The notes under the pieces: model-generated
Seen by the model: the letters and a program-made list of their open reading frames with translations, nothing else
What the model was told of the DNA's origin: nothing
Database searches by the model: none
Assembly: GCA_018302985.1 (NCBI GenBank)
Contig: JAGVZA010000005.1
Span: 10,281 to 74,280 of the forward strand
Reading direction: 5' to 3'
From: Candidatus Woesearchaeota archaeon
GTDB lineage: Archaea; Nanobdellota; Nanobdellia; SCGC-AAA011-G17; UBA489
DNA: 64,000 nt
Program-made: the position numbers and the translations under genes
In this document: piece by piece, positions 53,321 through 63,239 of the stretch
Layout of the letters: every line of letters starts with the position of its first letter
How positions within the stretch are numbered: the stretch's first letter is position 1

Positions 53321-54835
53321 ATGATAGAAATTAGAAACTTCTCCCCGCGAGAATATCAAAAAAATATCCTCGAAACCTGTAAAAAGAAGAATACTTTAGT
53401 ATGCCTGCCAACAGGAACTGGAAAGACAAAAGCAGCCATTTTGCTCGCTGTAGATCGTTTAAACAAACATGCTTTTTCTAAGGTAGTAATCTGCTCTCCG
53501 ACAAAACCCTTAGCCAGTCAAATTTGTAAGGAGTTTAAAGAGTGTACTAATATCAACCCAGAAGAAATTAATCTATTGACTGGGCAGGTAAATCCAGAAC
53601 TCAGAGCCAAGATATGGAATGACTCACAAATCATCGTTGCTACTCCACAAACTATAGAAAGTGATCTGGAAAAGAAAAGAATATCTTTAGAAAATGTTTC
53701 TTTATTATGTATTGATGAGTGCCATCGTTCCAAAGAAAACTTCGCAAACACCACTGTAGCAAAAATCTATAATGAAACAGCGAAAAACGCAAGAATTTTA
53801 GGTTTAACTGCTTCACCAGGATCATCTAGAGAAATCATTGATCTAGTCTGTCAAAATTTATTTATTGAATCAGTTGAAGTAAGAACACAAGAAGATGAGG
53901 ATATTAAAGAATATATTCAGGAAAAAGATATGCAGTATATCAAAGTGGATTTGCCAGAAGAAATAAATGAGATTCGTAATCTCTTAACTCCAGTCTATCT
54001 CTCAAAAGTAGGAGAACTCAAAAAATTTGGAATGACTAAGCCCACAGGAATAATTAACAAAAAAGATTTGCTCATGATGCAGAGACAGTTGCTGCAAGAC
54101 ATTCGTCACGGCAATCCAGCAGCTTACAGTGGCATTTCTATGGTTACTCAAGCTATCAAGCTAAGTTATCTTATTGAATTAGTAGAAACACAAAGTCTGG
54201 CAGCAGCAAAAGAATACTTAGTTAAGTTAGAAGAAGAAACAAGTAAAGCAGCCACATTCTTAAGAAATCAAAAACAAGTCATAGAAGCTAAGAAAAAAAT
54301 TCTTGAAGCAGTTGAGAAACAAGTCAAGCATCCAAAATTACTGAAATTAATGGAAATCTTGCAGGAAGAAGTAAAAAATCCTGATGCAAGAGTCATCGTC
54401 TTTGCAAATTTAAGAACTATTGTAGATGAAATAGTTGCAGAGCTTACTAAAATAAACATCAAGGCAAAAAAATTCGTAGGACAGTCAGATAAAAAGAATA
54501 AAGGATTAAAACAAAAAGAACAAATAGAAACCATCGAGCAGTTCAAAGACAAAGAATTCAAAGTCTTGGTTGCCTCTTCAGTCGGTGAAGAAGGTCTAGA
54601 CATCCCAGAAGTCAATGCTGTAATATTTTATGAGCCTGTCGCAAGTGAGTTAAGACGTGTCCAGCGTTCAGGTCGTACTGGAAGAACAATGCCAGGGAGA
54701 ATTATTTATTTAATTACAAAAAAAACAAGAGATGAAGCTTATCATTGGGTAGCGCAGAAAAAAGAAATCAAGATGCAGAATATTTTGCAGAGCATGAAAA
54801 GGAAACAAGAGCAGCAAACAACACTAGACAAATGA
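53321..54835 (+). CDS. hef: Hef/FANCM-type SF2 helicase (helicase half only)
   Basis: CLPTGTGKT (motif I), IDECHR (motif II), LTASPG (motif III), VGEEGLDIPEVN (motif V) and QRSGRTGR (motif VI). Confidence 0.85.
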   Translation: MIEIRNFSPREYQKNILETCKKKNTLVCLPTGTGKTKAAILLAVDRLNKHAFSKVVICSPTKPLASQICKEFKECTNINPEEINLLTGQVNPELRAKIWNDSQIIVATPQTIESDLEKKRISLENVSLLCIDECHRSKENFANTTVAKIYNETAKNARILGLTASPGSSREIIDLVCQNLFIESVEVRTQEDEDIKEYIQEKDMQYIKVDLPEEINEIRNLLTPVYLSKVGELKKFGMTKPTGIINKKDLLMMQRQLLQDIRHGNPAAYSGISMVTQAIKLSYLIELVETQSLAAAKEYLVKLEEETSKAATFLRNQKQVIEAKKKILEAVEKQVKHPKLLKLMEILQEEVKNPDARVIVFANLRTIVDEIVAELTKINIKAKKFVGQSDKKNKGLKQKEQIETIEQFKDKEFKVLVASSVGEEGLDIPEVNAVIFYEPVASELRRVQRSGRTGRTMPGRIIYLITKKTRDEAYHWVAQKKEIKMQNILQSMKRKQEQQTTLDK

Positions 54836-55494
54836 GTAAAATTATTGTAGACCATCGTGAACGATCTTCAGGCATCATTCCAGAATTAGCAAAACATGAT
54901 TTAGAAGTAGAAGTACAACAATTAGTTACTGCAGACTTCATAGTACAGACCATCGACAGTAATGGTGTAATTCATAATGTAGGTGTTGAAAAGAAAACAC
55001 AAACAGATTTTCTAAATTCAATCATAGACAAAAGAATTATCACTCAATTAGTAATGTTGAAAGAGAACTTCTCTGTTCCATTGTTAATCATTGAAGGCGA
55101 AGATAATATCTATCAGCTAAGAAATTTTCACCCTAATGCAATCAGAGGAATGTTAGCTGCCATTGCGATTGACTTCCAAATCCCAATTCTCCACACAAAA
55201 AACTTTAGAGACACTGCATCGCTCTTAGCAATCATCGCAAAAAGATTGGAAAAGCCTTCGCGTGTTATGAGTTTGTTTGCAAAGAGAAAGTCATTAACTA
55301 AAAAACAGCAGCAGGAATATTTTATGGAAGCTCTGCCTAGTGTAGGTCCAACCCTGGCAAAGAATTTGTTAAATAAATTTAAGTCTATCAAGAACATTAT
55401 GAATGCTACTGAAGAAGAGCTGCAAGAAGTTGATAAAATTGGAAAGAAAAAAGCCAAAGAAATTAAGGAATTAATAGAACACATTTATGATTAA
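54832..55494 (+). CDS. XPF/ERCC4-type nuclease with C-terminal (HhH)2 (Hef nuclease half as a separate ORF)
   Basis: IIVDHRERSSGI, ADFIV, VGVEKKTQTDFLNSI (ERK motif) and LPSVGPTLAKNLL...VDKIGKKKAKEI. ATGA overlap with the helicase stop. Confidence 0.85.
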   Translation: MSKIIVDHRERSSGIIPELAKHDLEVEVQQLVTADFIVQTIDSNGVIHNVGVEKKTQTDFLNSIIDKRIITQLVMLKENFSVPLLIIEGEDNIYQLRNFHPNAIRGMLAAIAIDFQIPILHTKNFRDTASLLAIIAKRLEKPSRVMSLFAKRKSLTKKQQQEYFMEALPSVGPTLAKNLLNKFKSIKNIMNATEEELQEVDKIGKKKAKEIKELIEHIYD

Positions 55495-55665
55495 AATAGC
55501 TAAAATCAAGCAAAATTCTTCCGTAAATAGAATGGAATAAATGATAATTTTTGCTATAATTCGAAAAGAATAGAGTCAACACCGCAAAAGTTACGAAGAA
55601 TCTAAGTGTATTTCCGGAGACGTCTACGACAGTGTTAAAGATTTCATTGCTTTACAGTAGAGTCT

Positions 55666-56013
55666 ATGGATGAACAAAGACTATCAAAAATAGCGTTGCT
55701 ATGCTCTTTAGTAGGCATATTACTGTTATTGCTCATAGTAGAGGAGCGGCAAGTAAGCGCTTCATCCATACAAAATATAACAAATCAATCCGTCGATAAA
55801 GAAGTAAAAATTAAAGGAAAAATCAATACACTAACAGAAAATCCCAGTGTAACCATCATGCAAGTCAAAGATGCAAGTGGTGAAATCACAGTAATTCTAT
55901 TTCAGAAAAAAGAGATAACCATCAAGAAAGGAGATCAAGTAGAAGTCCAAGGAATTGTCAAGGAATTTGAAGGTAAACTAGAGATAGAAGCGAAAACTAT
56001 ACAGGTTTTCTAA
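55666..56013 (+). CDS. membrane-anchored OB-fold (tRNA_anti-like) protein, 115 aa
   Basis: N-terminal TM helix, then VKIKGKINTL...GEITVILFQKK...GDQVEVQGIVKEFEGKLEIEA. Confidence 0.5.
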   Translation: MDEQRLSKIALLCSLVGILLLLLIVEERQVSASSIQNITNQSVDKEVKIKGKINTLTENPSVTIMQVKDASGEITVILFQKKEITIKKGDQVEVQGIVKEFEGKLEIEAKTIQVF

Positions 56014-56014
56014 G

Positions 56015-57217
56015 ATGCTCATTATTGAATTACTTTTGGGATTGTGCATCGGTTGCTTAATAGGTATTTTCACAGGCATCACTCCAGGAGTGCATATCAA
56101 TTTAGTCTCAGTTATTATTCTCTCCTTAAGTCCCTGGCTTTTGCAGCACGTCTCTCCTTTAACATTAGCTCTAGTAATTGTAGGCATGACTATAGTGCAC
56201 ACTTTTCTAGATAGTATTCCAGCAACGTTTCTAGGTGCTCCTGATAGTGATGAAATCTTATCAGTCTTGCCAGGACATAAATTATTATTAGATGGCAAAG
56301 GCTATGAAGCAGTCACGAGAACAGTCATAGGAACTCTAGCTGCAGCAATAGTTATGATTGCTTTAACACCTGTATTAATTTTCGGAGTAAATGTGCTCTA
56401 TCCCTTAGTCAAAGAAAAAATGAGCATTATTTTGTTAGTATTATGCTGTTTTTTTATTTGGAAAGAGCCAAGATCAAAACTCTGGGCATTATTAGTTTTT
56501 TCTTTAGCAGGAGTTTTAGGAATAGTCACTTTAACCTTTGGATTAAAAGATCCTTTATTTCCTTTATTCTCAGGATTATTTGGGACAGCTGGATTGTTAT
56601 TAAGTATCAATGATAAAGTAAATGTTCCTGAACAAAAAATATCATTCCCAACAATAGAAAAAAATCAAGGATTTAATGCTATTACTTCTGCAGTCATCTC
56701 AGGATCAGTATGTTCTATGTTGCCGGGTCTTGGTCCATCACAAGCTGCCATGATTGGAGCTCAATTCACCAAAGCTATGACTAGTGAAACATTTCTCATC
56801 CTCAACAGCGCGTTAAACATGGTCAACATGATGATGTCTTTCATAACTTTATACGCCATTGACAAGGGAAGAAACGGAGCAATAGTAGTTGTAGGACAAA
56901 TCATAGGAGATTTAGGAAAAAGAGAATTACTTATCTTGCTTGCTGCAGTATTAATTGCATTGGGCATTGGCACTTGGCTTACGTTAAACTTAACCAAAAT
57001 CTTTGCAAAGCTCATGACAAAAATAAATTATAAAAAGCTCTGCATAGGGATTATAGTCTTTGTTACTAGTTTAGTAATCTTTATGACAAGTTGGCAAGGA
57101 TTACTTATTTATCTCACAGCAACTAGTCTAGGGTTGTTGCCGCCATTAAAAAATGTTGGTCGTTCACATATGATGGGATGTTTATTAGTTCCCATTATTT
57201 TATTTTTAATGTTATAA
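56015..57217 (+). CDS. TctA-family (DUF112/COG1784-like) integral membrane protein
   Basis: ITPGVHINL and MLPGLGPSQAAMIGA resemble the duplicated G-x-x-PG-x-G TctA motif. About 10 TM helices. Confidence 0.5.
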   Translation: MLIIELLLGLCIGCLIGIFTGITPGVHINLVSVIILSLSPWLLQHVSPLTLALVIVGMTIVHTFLDSIPATFLGAPDSDEILSVLPGHKLLLDGKGYEAVTRTVIGTLAAAIVMIALTPVLIFGVNVLYPLVKEKMSIILLVLCCFFIWKEPRSKLWALLVFSLAGVLGIVTLTFGLKDPLFPLFSGLFGTAGLLLSINDKVNVPEQKISFPTIEKNQGFNAITSAVISGSVCSMLPGLGPSQAAMIGAQFTKAMTSETFLILNSALNMVNMMMSFITLYAIDKGRNGAIVVVGQIIGDLGKRELLILLAAVLIALGIGTWLTLNLTKIFAKLMTKINYKKLCIGIIVFVTSLVIFMTSWQGLLIYLTATSLGLLPPLKNVGRSHMMGCLLVPIILFLML

Positions 57218-57396
57218 TTCTGCAAGAACAACATTGCATCCTTTGCACATCAAAAAGCGAAATCTTCCTATGTTAGCCTCGAAAGCAACAATAGAATTAC
57301 ACTTAGAACATTTGTTTGCTGGTGTCGTCACTGAAAATCATCTCTTTGTAACAACTCGAGTCAAAAATTTATTTATAAAGATTGCGAAAGAAGAAG

Positions 57397-57999
57397 TTAG
57401 GCAGGCTTTTGTAAAGTAAGTTCAATCCAGTTTTGATCTTGAAAATGTTCTATTTCTTTTGTAAGAACCTTAAATCCTTTTGCTAAAGCAAGAATCTCCT
57501 TATCAGAATAATAATAGTAAGTTCTAGTCCCAAATTCATCTTGTCTGGTGAACTCCTTGTATTTTTTATCATATTTCAGAGAAAGACGAAGAATACCTGA
57601 AGGATTCAAAGCAATAAATAATTTCTTGAAAAGAGCTCCCAATTGTTCTTTGTTTAAATGAATAAGAGAGGCAAAAGCAAAAAGAATATCAATATTATTG
57701 GGAAATACAAAAGAAATTGCATCAGCTACAAAAAACGTAGCATTAGGACATTTAACTCTAGCTATATTTAACAGCCCTTGAGACACATCAAAGCCAAAGT
57801 AATTATCAGTATGTTGTAAGATAAGTTGTGCATCTTTGCCAGTGCCGCAGCCAATTTCTACGACTAAAGGATTTGATTTGTTTAGAAGTCGAAAAGTTTC
57901 TTCGATATGTTTGGTGCGTGTAGGAAGTGCATCAAATTTAGCTGCTAAAGCCTCTGCCTTATCTTGATAAACTTTAATGGTTTGAGTATGAGTATCCAT
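57397..57999 (-). CDS. class I SAM-dependent methyltransferase
   Basis: Motif I VVEIGCGTGKDAQ and post-I FGFDVS. Confidence 0.75.
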   Translation of the reverse strand: MDTHTQTIKVYQDKAEALAAKFDALPTRTKHIEETFRLLNKSNPLVVEIGCGTGKDAQLILQHTDNYFGFDVSQGLLNIARVKCPNATFFVADAISFVFPNNIDILFAFASLIHLNKEQLGALFKKLFIALNPSGILRLSLKYDKKYKEFTRQDEFGTRTYYYYSDKEILALAKGFKVLTKEIEHFQDQNWIELTLQKPA

Positions 58000-58011
58000 G
58001 GTAAATGCTCC

Positions 58012-58458
58012 TTAGTCAGACATAACTTTTGATTTGGTATTATCTCTTTTTAAGAGTCCTAGTTCTGTATCTAATTCTTTAGCCATACTCTGCAAGTCTT
58101 CAAATACTCTATGTAAATCTCTTTGAAGTTCAGTTACTAAGGTCTCTAGATTTTCTACACGCAGCATATATTTGCCTTCATGCTGTGCAACCAAGCCAGA
58201 TTCCACTAAATGATTGATATGATGGATGACAGTTCCCCGAGTAAGATTGGTTTTCAACGCTAATTCATCTGAACTCAAGAGTTGTCTACGTCGTGCTGAC
58301 TTCACTAATTCAACAAAGATTCTAAAGCAAGATCTTTCTTTGTCTCGTTGAGAAAAGAGTCCTAGGGATTCTGAAAACCATTGTAAATCTGTATTCAAGT
58401 CTTTCTTCTGGGGCTTTCTCGTCTTGATGACAGTTACTCGTCTGAATTCATAGATCAT
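58012..58458 (-). CDS. winged-helix transcriptional regulator (ArsR/TrmB-like)
   Basis: LSSDELALKTNLTRGTVIHHINHLVESGLV. Start moved to the ATG at 58458, about 25-30 nt below the TATA box GTATATAAAAG. Confidence 0.55.
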   Translation of the reverse strand: MIYEFRRVTVIKTRKPQKKDLNTDLQWFSESLGLFSQRDKERSCFRIFVELVKSARRRQLLSSDELALKTNLTRGTVIHHINHLVESGLVAQHEGKYMLRVENLETLVTELQRDLHRVFEDLQSMAKELDTELGLLKRDNTKSKVMSD

Positions 58459-58525
58459 GGTCTGTTGAGCTAAGGTGAACAAGTATATAAAAGTAGCTTA
58501 AAATTAATCAGAATAAATTAGAGAT

Positions 58526-59344
58526 TTAAGCACGTAAAGTTTCTATATTAAAAGCATGAAGAGTTGCATCACAGGGTTTACTAAATAAAGCTATTTTTAA
58601 ACCTACAGAAGGTAAATTAAAGAAACCACTATCTCTTAATAAAGAATCACCGTGGAATGCTAAAAGACCCTTAACAGAAGCTTTGTAAAAACGAATTAAA
58701 TCTTCACCAGAAACAAATCTTCCATCTCTGGCATCATCAAAAGGATATGAATTCCTAATTAATTGTGCAGTAGATCGATATTCTTCCGTACCTAATTTTT
58801 GTTCAGCATCTTCAATACCAACATTATTTCTAGTCATTTCTAAAGTACTTAATAATTGAATTGCGAGTTGTTGAGGTTTTAAGGATTCTAAAGCTTCTTT
58901 ATTGCCTTGAAGTTGTCTTTGAGTGTAGGGATGGCTTGCTAGAAGAGTAAACTGAAGGTTTGGAAGAAGATATTTATCTATTTGTCCTAAAACGAATAGA
59001 TTTTTTCGCGAAGGTTGTATAATCAAACAGGGTGAATAACCTCTTGAAGTTTGCTGACGAGTAGGACTAACTCGAGGTAAAGAAAGGTAAACTCTAAGAG
59101 GTGTTTTTTGACCGTCTAATTGATCCAGATAAAAAGAACCGAATTGAATAACACATCCTTCTAGCTCACCAAATTTTTGAAAGAGCATATCATGAGTTTT
59201 ATGGTCTCCAGTTATTCGTTGAACTGCAAGTTCAAGTTCTGCAAGTCTAGCTCCTTGTGCCATCATATCTTCAGCTGAGACTTTTTGCTGTCCTAATTTT
59301 ATCAAGCGTTCTAATTCTCCTTCATCAAATAAGCTGTCACTCAT
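58526..59344 (-). CDS. hypothetical protein, 272 aa
   Basis: Intact ORF. No recognisable motif. Confidence 0.45.
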   Translation of the reverse strand: MSDSLFDEGELERLIKLGQQKVSAEDMMAQGARLAELELAVQRITGDHKTHDMLFQKFGELEGCVIQFGSFYLDQLDGQKTPLRVYLSLPRVSPTRQQTSRGYSPCLIIQPSRKNLFVLGQIDKYLLPNLQFTLLASHPYTQRQLQGNKEALESLKPQQLAIQLLSTLEMTRNNVGIEDAEQKLGTEEYRSTAQLIRNSYPFDDARDGRFVSGEDLIRFYKASVKGLLAFHGDSLLRDSGFFNLPSVGLKIALFSKPCDATLHAFNIETLRA

Positions 59345-59485
59345 GAAGATTTTTAAAGAATTGAACTATTTAAATCTTCCTATTTTAATCACTAGAAAGT
59401 AGATACAAAAGAACAAAACCTTTATATACTAGTTCATCACATAGCATTCTTGTTGATTTAAGATGAACATAGACAACACCAAACA

Positions 59486-59998
59486 ATGACTAAAAAAGAC
59501 CAAAAGCAACCAGAAAAGCTCGAACCTCAGCCTGTTAAAGATATAGAAGACAAGTCCAAAATCATAGCTGACTACGAAAACACACTCAAACGTCTGCAAG
59601 CAGACTTTGAAAACTACGTCAAAAGAGTAGACAAAGAAAAACAAGATGCCACAAAATATGCAGTAGCAAAAATCCTCACAAAAATAGTCAATCTCGTTGA
59701 TGATCTCGATCGTTCCATGCAAGTCTTGGAAAAAACACAAGACAAGGAAATTAAAACAGGAATCCAAATGATCCATAAACAATTTCATAAAATATTGCAG
59801 GAAGAAGGCATCAAACCTTTCGACAGTAAAGGAAAGAAACTCGATCCTTACCAACATGAAGTCATAGAAATGGTAGCGCATGACTCTCCAGAAGGAACAG
59901 TCATTGAAGAATTACAAAAAGGCTATCATTTACACGATAAAATACTCAGAACTGCAAAAGTTAGAGTATCCAAAGGAAAATCACAGGAGAAGAAATGA
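59486..59998 (+). CDS. grpE: nucleotide exchange factor GrpE
   Basis: LQADFENYVKRVDKEK...VNLVDDLDRS...FDPYQHEV. Confidence 0.85.
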   Translation: MTKKDQKQPEKLEPQPVKDIEDKSKIIADYENTLKRLQADFENYVKRVDKEKQDATKYAVAKILTKIVNLVDDLDRSMQVLEKTQDKEIKTGIQMIHKQFHKILQEEGIKPFDSKGKKLDPYQHEVIEMVAHDSPEGTVIEELQKGYHLHDKILRTAKVRVSKGKSQEKK

Positions 59999-60064
59999 AC
60001 AAAGATCCAAGAAGACCACAACGAGAACAAAATACTATAATCACAAACTTAACTAACCAATAAC

Positions 60065-61000
60065 ATGAAAACAATATCTATTCAACAAACACTGGAAGAA
60101 ATTAAAGATATGAAGAGAAATGGAAATAATTTTCAAACTATTAAGCATCAAATAGGAGAAAAGAGGTTGAAAAGTTTCCTGAAGACAATCTACCCAAATT
60201 TTTCTTTACCTGAAATAGAAAAAATAACAGGAGTTCCAGACTCTAGTTTAGGCTATTGGTTTGAAAAGTTAAAAATTCCACGTAGTAGATGGCATATGAA
60301 AACAATAGCATATGCAGGGGATAATGAAAAAGAACAAATAGTTACTGTAGAAAAGAAAGTTTACAAATTAAAAACTATAAAAATTAGTCCAGAACTAGCA
60401 TATCTTATTGGATTTAATATAGGTGATGGTAATACTGAGCCATATAGTGTAGCTGTCTTTAATCAAGATAGAGGAATGAAGGCTTATTTATCCAGGATTA
60501 TGAAGAAGTATGGGAACATTACTCATAATAAACGAGAAGATGGATTATGGAGATTAAGATTATCAAAAGGAATAATTGCTAATTTAATAAAAGATCATGA
60601 AGGATTAAGATATGATACATTAGATTATATTTTTAATAATGATAAACTAGCAAGAACATTTATTGCGGGATTTTGGGATGCTGAAGGTACAGTAAGAAAA
60701 CAGAATAAGTACAATTATTATAATATTTATGTATACAATAGTAAAGAACATCTTTTAAAGAGAATTGAAGAGTTTTTTACTAAGAAAGGAATAAAATGTT
60801 CTAAATTAAGTAAAGAGCCTCCAAAAGGAATAAGATACATAAAAGGAAAAAGAATCTATTCTAAAAAAATAGTGTATAGATTATCAATTCCAAAAGATTC
60901 TGCTAAAAATTGGATTAAAGAAATAGGTGTTAATATGTTACATTCAAAAAAGAGTGAGACAGTAAAACAAATGACTCAAACTAACTATGGAGGAAATTAA
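60065..61000 (+). CDS. free-standing double-motif LAGLIDADG endonuclease-like protein with an N-terminal HTH region, inserted between grpE and dnaK
   Basis: Motifs [14 protein letters not shown] and [12 protein letters not shown]. Own TATA box about 25 nt upstream. Its stop lies 1 nt before the dnaK ATG. Confidence 0.7.
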   Translation: MKTISIQQTLEEIKDMKRNGNNFQTIKHQIGEKRLKSFLKTIYPNFSLPEIEKITGVPDSSLGYWFEKLKIPRSRWHMKTIAYAGDNEKEQIVTVEKKVYKLKTIKISPELAYLIGFNIGDGNTEPYSVAVFNQDRGMKAYLSRIMKKYGNITHNKREDGLWRLRLSKGIIANLIKDHEGLRYDTLDYIFNNDKLARTFIAGFWDAEGTVRKQNKYNYYNIYVYNSKEHLLKRIEEFFTKKGIKCSKLSKEPPKGIRYIKGKRIYSKKIVYRLSIPKDSAKNWIKEIGVNMLHSKKSETVKQMTQTNYGGN

Positions 61001-61001
61001 A

Positions 61002-62840
61002 ATGGCAACAAAAGAAAAAATCATAGGCGTCGATCTCGGGACACAAAACTCAGCAGCAGCAGTATTGCAAGCAGGTCGTCCAACTTTAATTTCAAGCGCA
61101 GAAGGAGCATCCTTATACGGTAAAGCTTTCCCAAGTTTCGTAGCATTCACTAAAGACGGTCAAGTTTTAGTCGGTGAGCCAGCACGTCGTCAAGCAGTCT
61201 CTAACCCAGAAGGAACTGTCTACGGTGCTAAAAGAAAAATGGGAACACACCATAAATATAAAATCTATGGAAAAGAATACACACCTCAACAAATCTCTGC
61301 ATTCATTCTCCAGAAGATCAAGAAAGACACAGAAGAATTCTTAGGAGAAAAAATTAACAAGGCAGTTATCACAGTTCCAGCTTATTTCGACGACAATCAA
61401 CGTCAAGCAACTAAAGATGCTGGTCAGATTGCTGGCTTAGAAGTAGTTCGTATTATCAATGAACCAACAGCAGCAGCATTAGCCTATGGTCTAGACAAGC
61501 AAGACAAAGAAGCAAAAATCTTAGTCTTTGATTTAGGTGCAGGTACTTTAGATGTAACTATTATGGAATTAGGAGACGGAATCTTCCAAGTCAAATCTAC
61601 ATCAGGAGACACGCAATTAGGTGGTCACGACATGGATAACGCGATCATGGATTATATTACTAAAGAATTCGATAAAGATCACGACTTTGATTTAAATGAT
61701 GACAAAACTGCAGTCCAAAGAGTTCGTGAAGCTGCGGAAAAAGCAAAAATAGAATTGTCAACAGTCACTGAAACAGAAATCAATCTGCCATTCATTCATG
61801 GACAGCAAAATCTCAAGTTAACATTATCACGAGCGAAGCTGGAAGAGTTAATTGATCCTATTGTCCAGCGCTGTAAAAAACCTTTGCTCCAAGCAATCAA
61901 GGACAGTAAGTTAGAAACTAATAAAATTGACAAAATTATCTTAGTAGGCGGACCAACTCGTATGCCTGTCATTAAGAAGTTCGTTGAAGATCTCTTGGGC
62001 AAAAAAGCAGAACGCGGTGTTGATCCTATGGAATGTGTAGCTCATGGTGCAGCTATTCAAGGAGGAGTCTTAGGTGGAGAAGTCAAAGACATTCTCTTAT
62101 TAGATGTCACACCCTTAACTTTAGGTATTGAAACTCTAGGCGGAATTAGAACTCCATTAATCCAGAGAAACACAACCATTCCAACAAAGAAATCACAAAC
62201 GTTCTCTACTGCAGACGATAATCAAGGAGCAGTAACTATTCATGTCTTGCAAGGAGAAAGAGAAATGGCTGCAGACAATAAAAGTATGGGTCGTTTTGAT
62301 TTAGTAGGTATTCCTCCAGCTCCAAGAGGAGTCCCACAGATTGAAGTCTCTTTCGATATTGACGCCAATGGAATCATTCATGTCACAGCAAAAGATCTAG
62401 GCACTGGTAAAGAGCAGAATATTAAAATTACTGCGTCCAACAAGCTCTCAGAAGCTGAAGTGGAAAAAATGAAAAAATCAGCAGAAGAATTTGCCGAGGA
62501 AGACAAGAAGAAAAAGGAAAAAGCAGAAGTCAGAAACGAAGCTGATGCCTTAGTCTACACTTTAGAAAAAAGTCTCAAAGAGTTCAAAGGAAAAATAGAA
62601 GAAAAAGAAATCAAAGCAATAGAGAAAGATAAAGAAGAACTCAAGAAACTGCTCAAGGAAGACAACACAGACGCTCTCAAGCAGCACATGGAAGAACTGA
62701 ACAAGAGACTTCATGAAGCCTCAACAAAGCTCTATCAAAAAGCCCAAGAAGCAGAGCAGCAAGCCAAAGATCACGAAATAGGCAAAGACCAAAAGAAAAA
62801 GGACAAAGTAGTTGATGCTGAAGTCGTAGACAAAAAGTAG
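61002..62840 (+). CDS. dnaK: molecular chaperone DnaK (Hsp70)
   Basis: [32 protein letters not shown] and the full substrate-binding domain. Start placed at MATKEK, preceded by GGAGGA. Confidence 0.97.
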   Translation: MATKEKIIGVDLGTQNSAAAVLQAGRPTLISSAEGASLYGKAFPSFVAFTKDGQVLVGEPARRQAVSNPEGTVYGAKRKMGTHHKYKIYGKEYTPQQISAFILQKIKKDTEEFLGEKINKAVITVPAYFDDNQRQATKDAGQIAGLEVVRIINEPTAAALAYGLDKQDKEAKILVFDLGAGTLDVTIMELGDGIFQVKSTSGDTQLGGHDMDNAIMDYITKEFDKDHDFDLNDDKTAVQRVREAAEKAKIELSTVTETEINLPFIHGQQNLKLTLSRAKLEELIDPIVQRCKKPLLQAIKDSKLETNKIDKIILVGGPTRMPVIKKFVEDLLGKKAERGVDPMECVAHGAAIQGGVLGGEVKDILLLDVTPLTLGIETLGGIRTPLIQRNTTIPTKKSQTFSTADDNQGAVTIHVLQGEREMAADNKSMGRFDLVGIPPAPRGVPQIEVSFDIDANGIIHVTAKDLGTGKEQNIKITASNKLSEAEVEKMKKSAEEFAEEDKKKKEKAEVRNEADALVYTLEKSLKEFKGKIEEKEIKAIEKDKEELKKLLKEDNTDALKQHMEELNKRLHEASTKLYQKAQEAEQQAKDHEIGKDQKKKDKVVDAEVVDKK

Positions 62841-62850
62841 GTGAAAAAAG

Positions 62851-63237
62851 ATGGAAAATAAACCAGAACCAACTAATGTAAATTTAAACATTGACGAAGG
62901 TAGCGCAAGCTTCTTCGCCCATGAATTTTCAGTAGAAATCAATCCTACACAGGCGACATTAGATTTTAAGAATGTATCCTCTCGTACTGACCAAAGATCA
63001 CTTTCAGGAAAAAAGCATTTTAAAATGGTGCATAATGTTATTAGTGTAGAGCCTTTACTGTTAAAAGAAATGAGCAGGATTTTAAATGAAATAATTAAAA
63101 AGTATGAAGAAAAATTAGGAGAAATAAAGAAAAGCGAAGCAATGCTCAAAGCAGAAAAAGAATTGCAAAAAGATGTTGAGAGCATACACAAATCCCAGCA
63201 AAAATCAAGTAATAAAAAAGCAGATTATTTAGGATAG
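62851..63237 (+). CDS. DUF3467-like small protein between dnaK and dnaJ
   Basis: [22 protein letters not shown] resembles the DUF3467 core. Identified from memory only. Confidence 0.4.
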   Translation: MENKPEPTNVNLNIDEGSASFFAHEFSVEINPTQATLDFKNVSSRTDQRSLSGKKHFKMVHNVISVEPLLLKEMSRILNEIIKKYEEKLGEIKKSEAMLKAEKELQKDVESIHKSQQKSSNKKADYLG

Positions 63238-63239
63238 AG

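Noticed and set aside
59429-59881. 150-aa minus-strand ORF overlapping grpE
   Set aside because: It is antisense to a well-supported GrpE frame. Its translation is Phe/Cys/Leu-rich with no motif.
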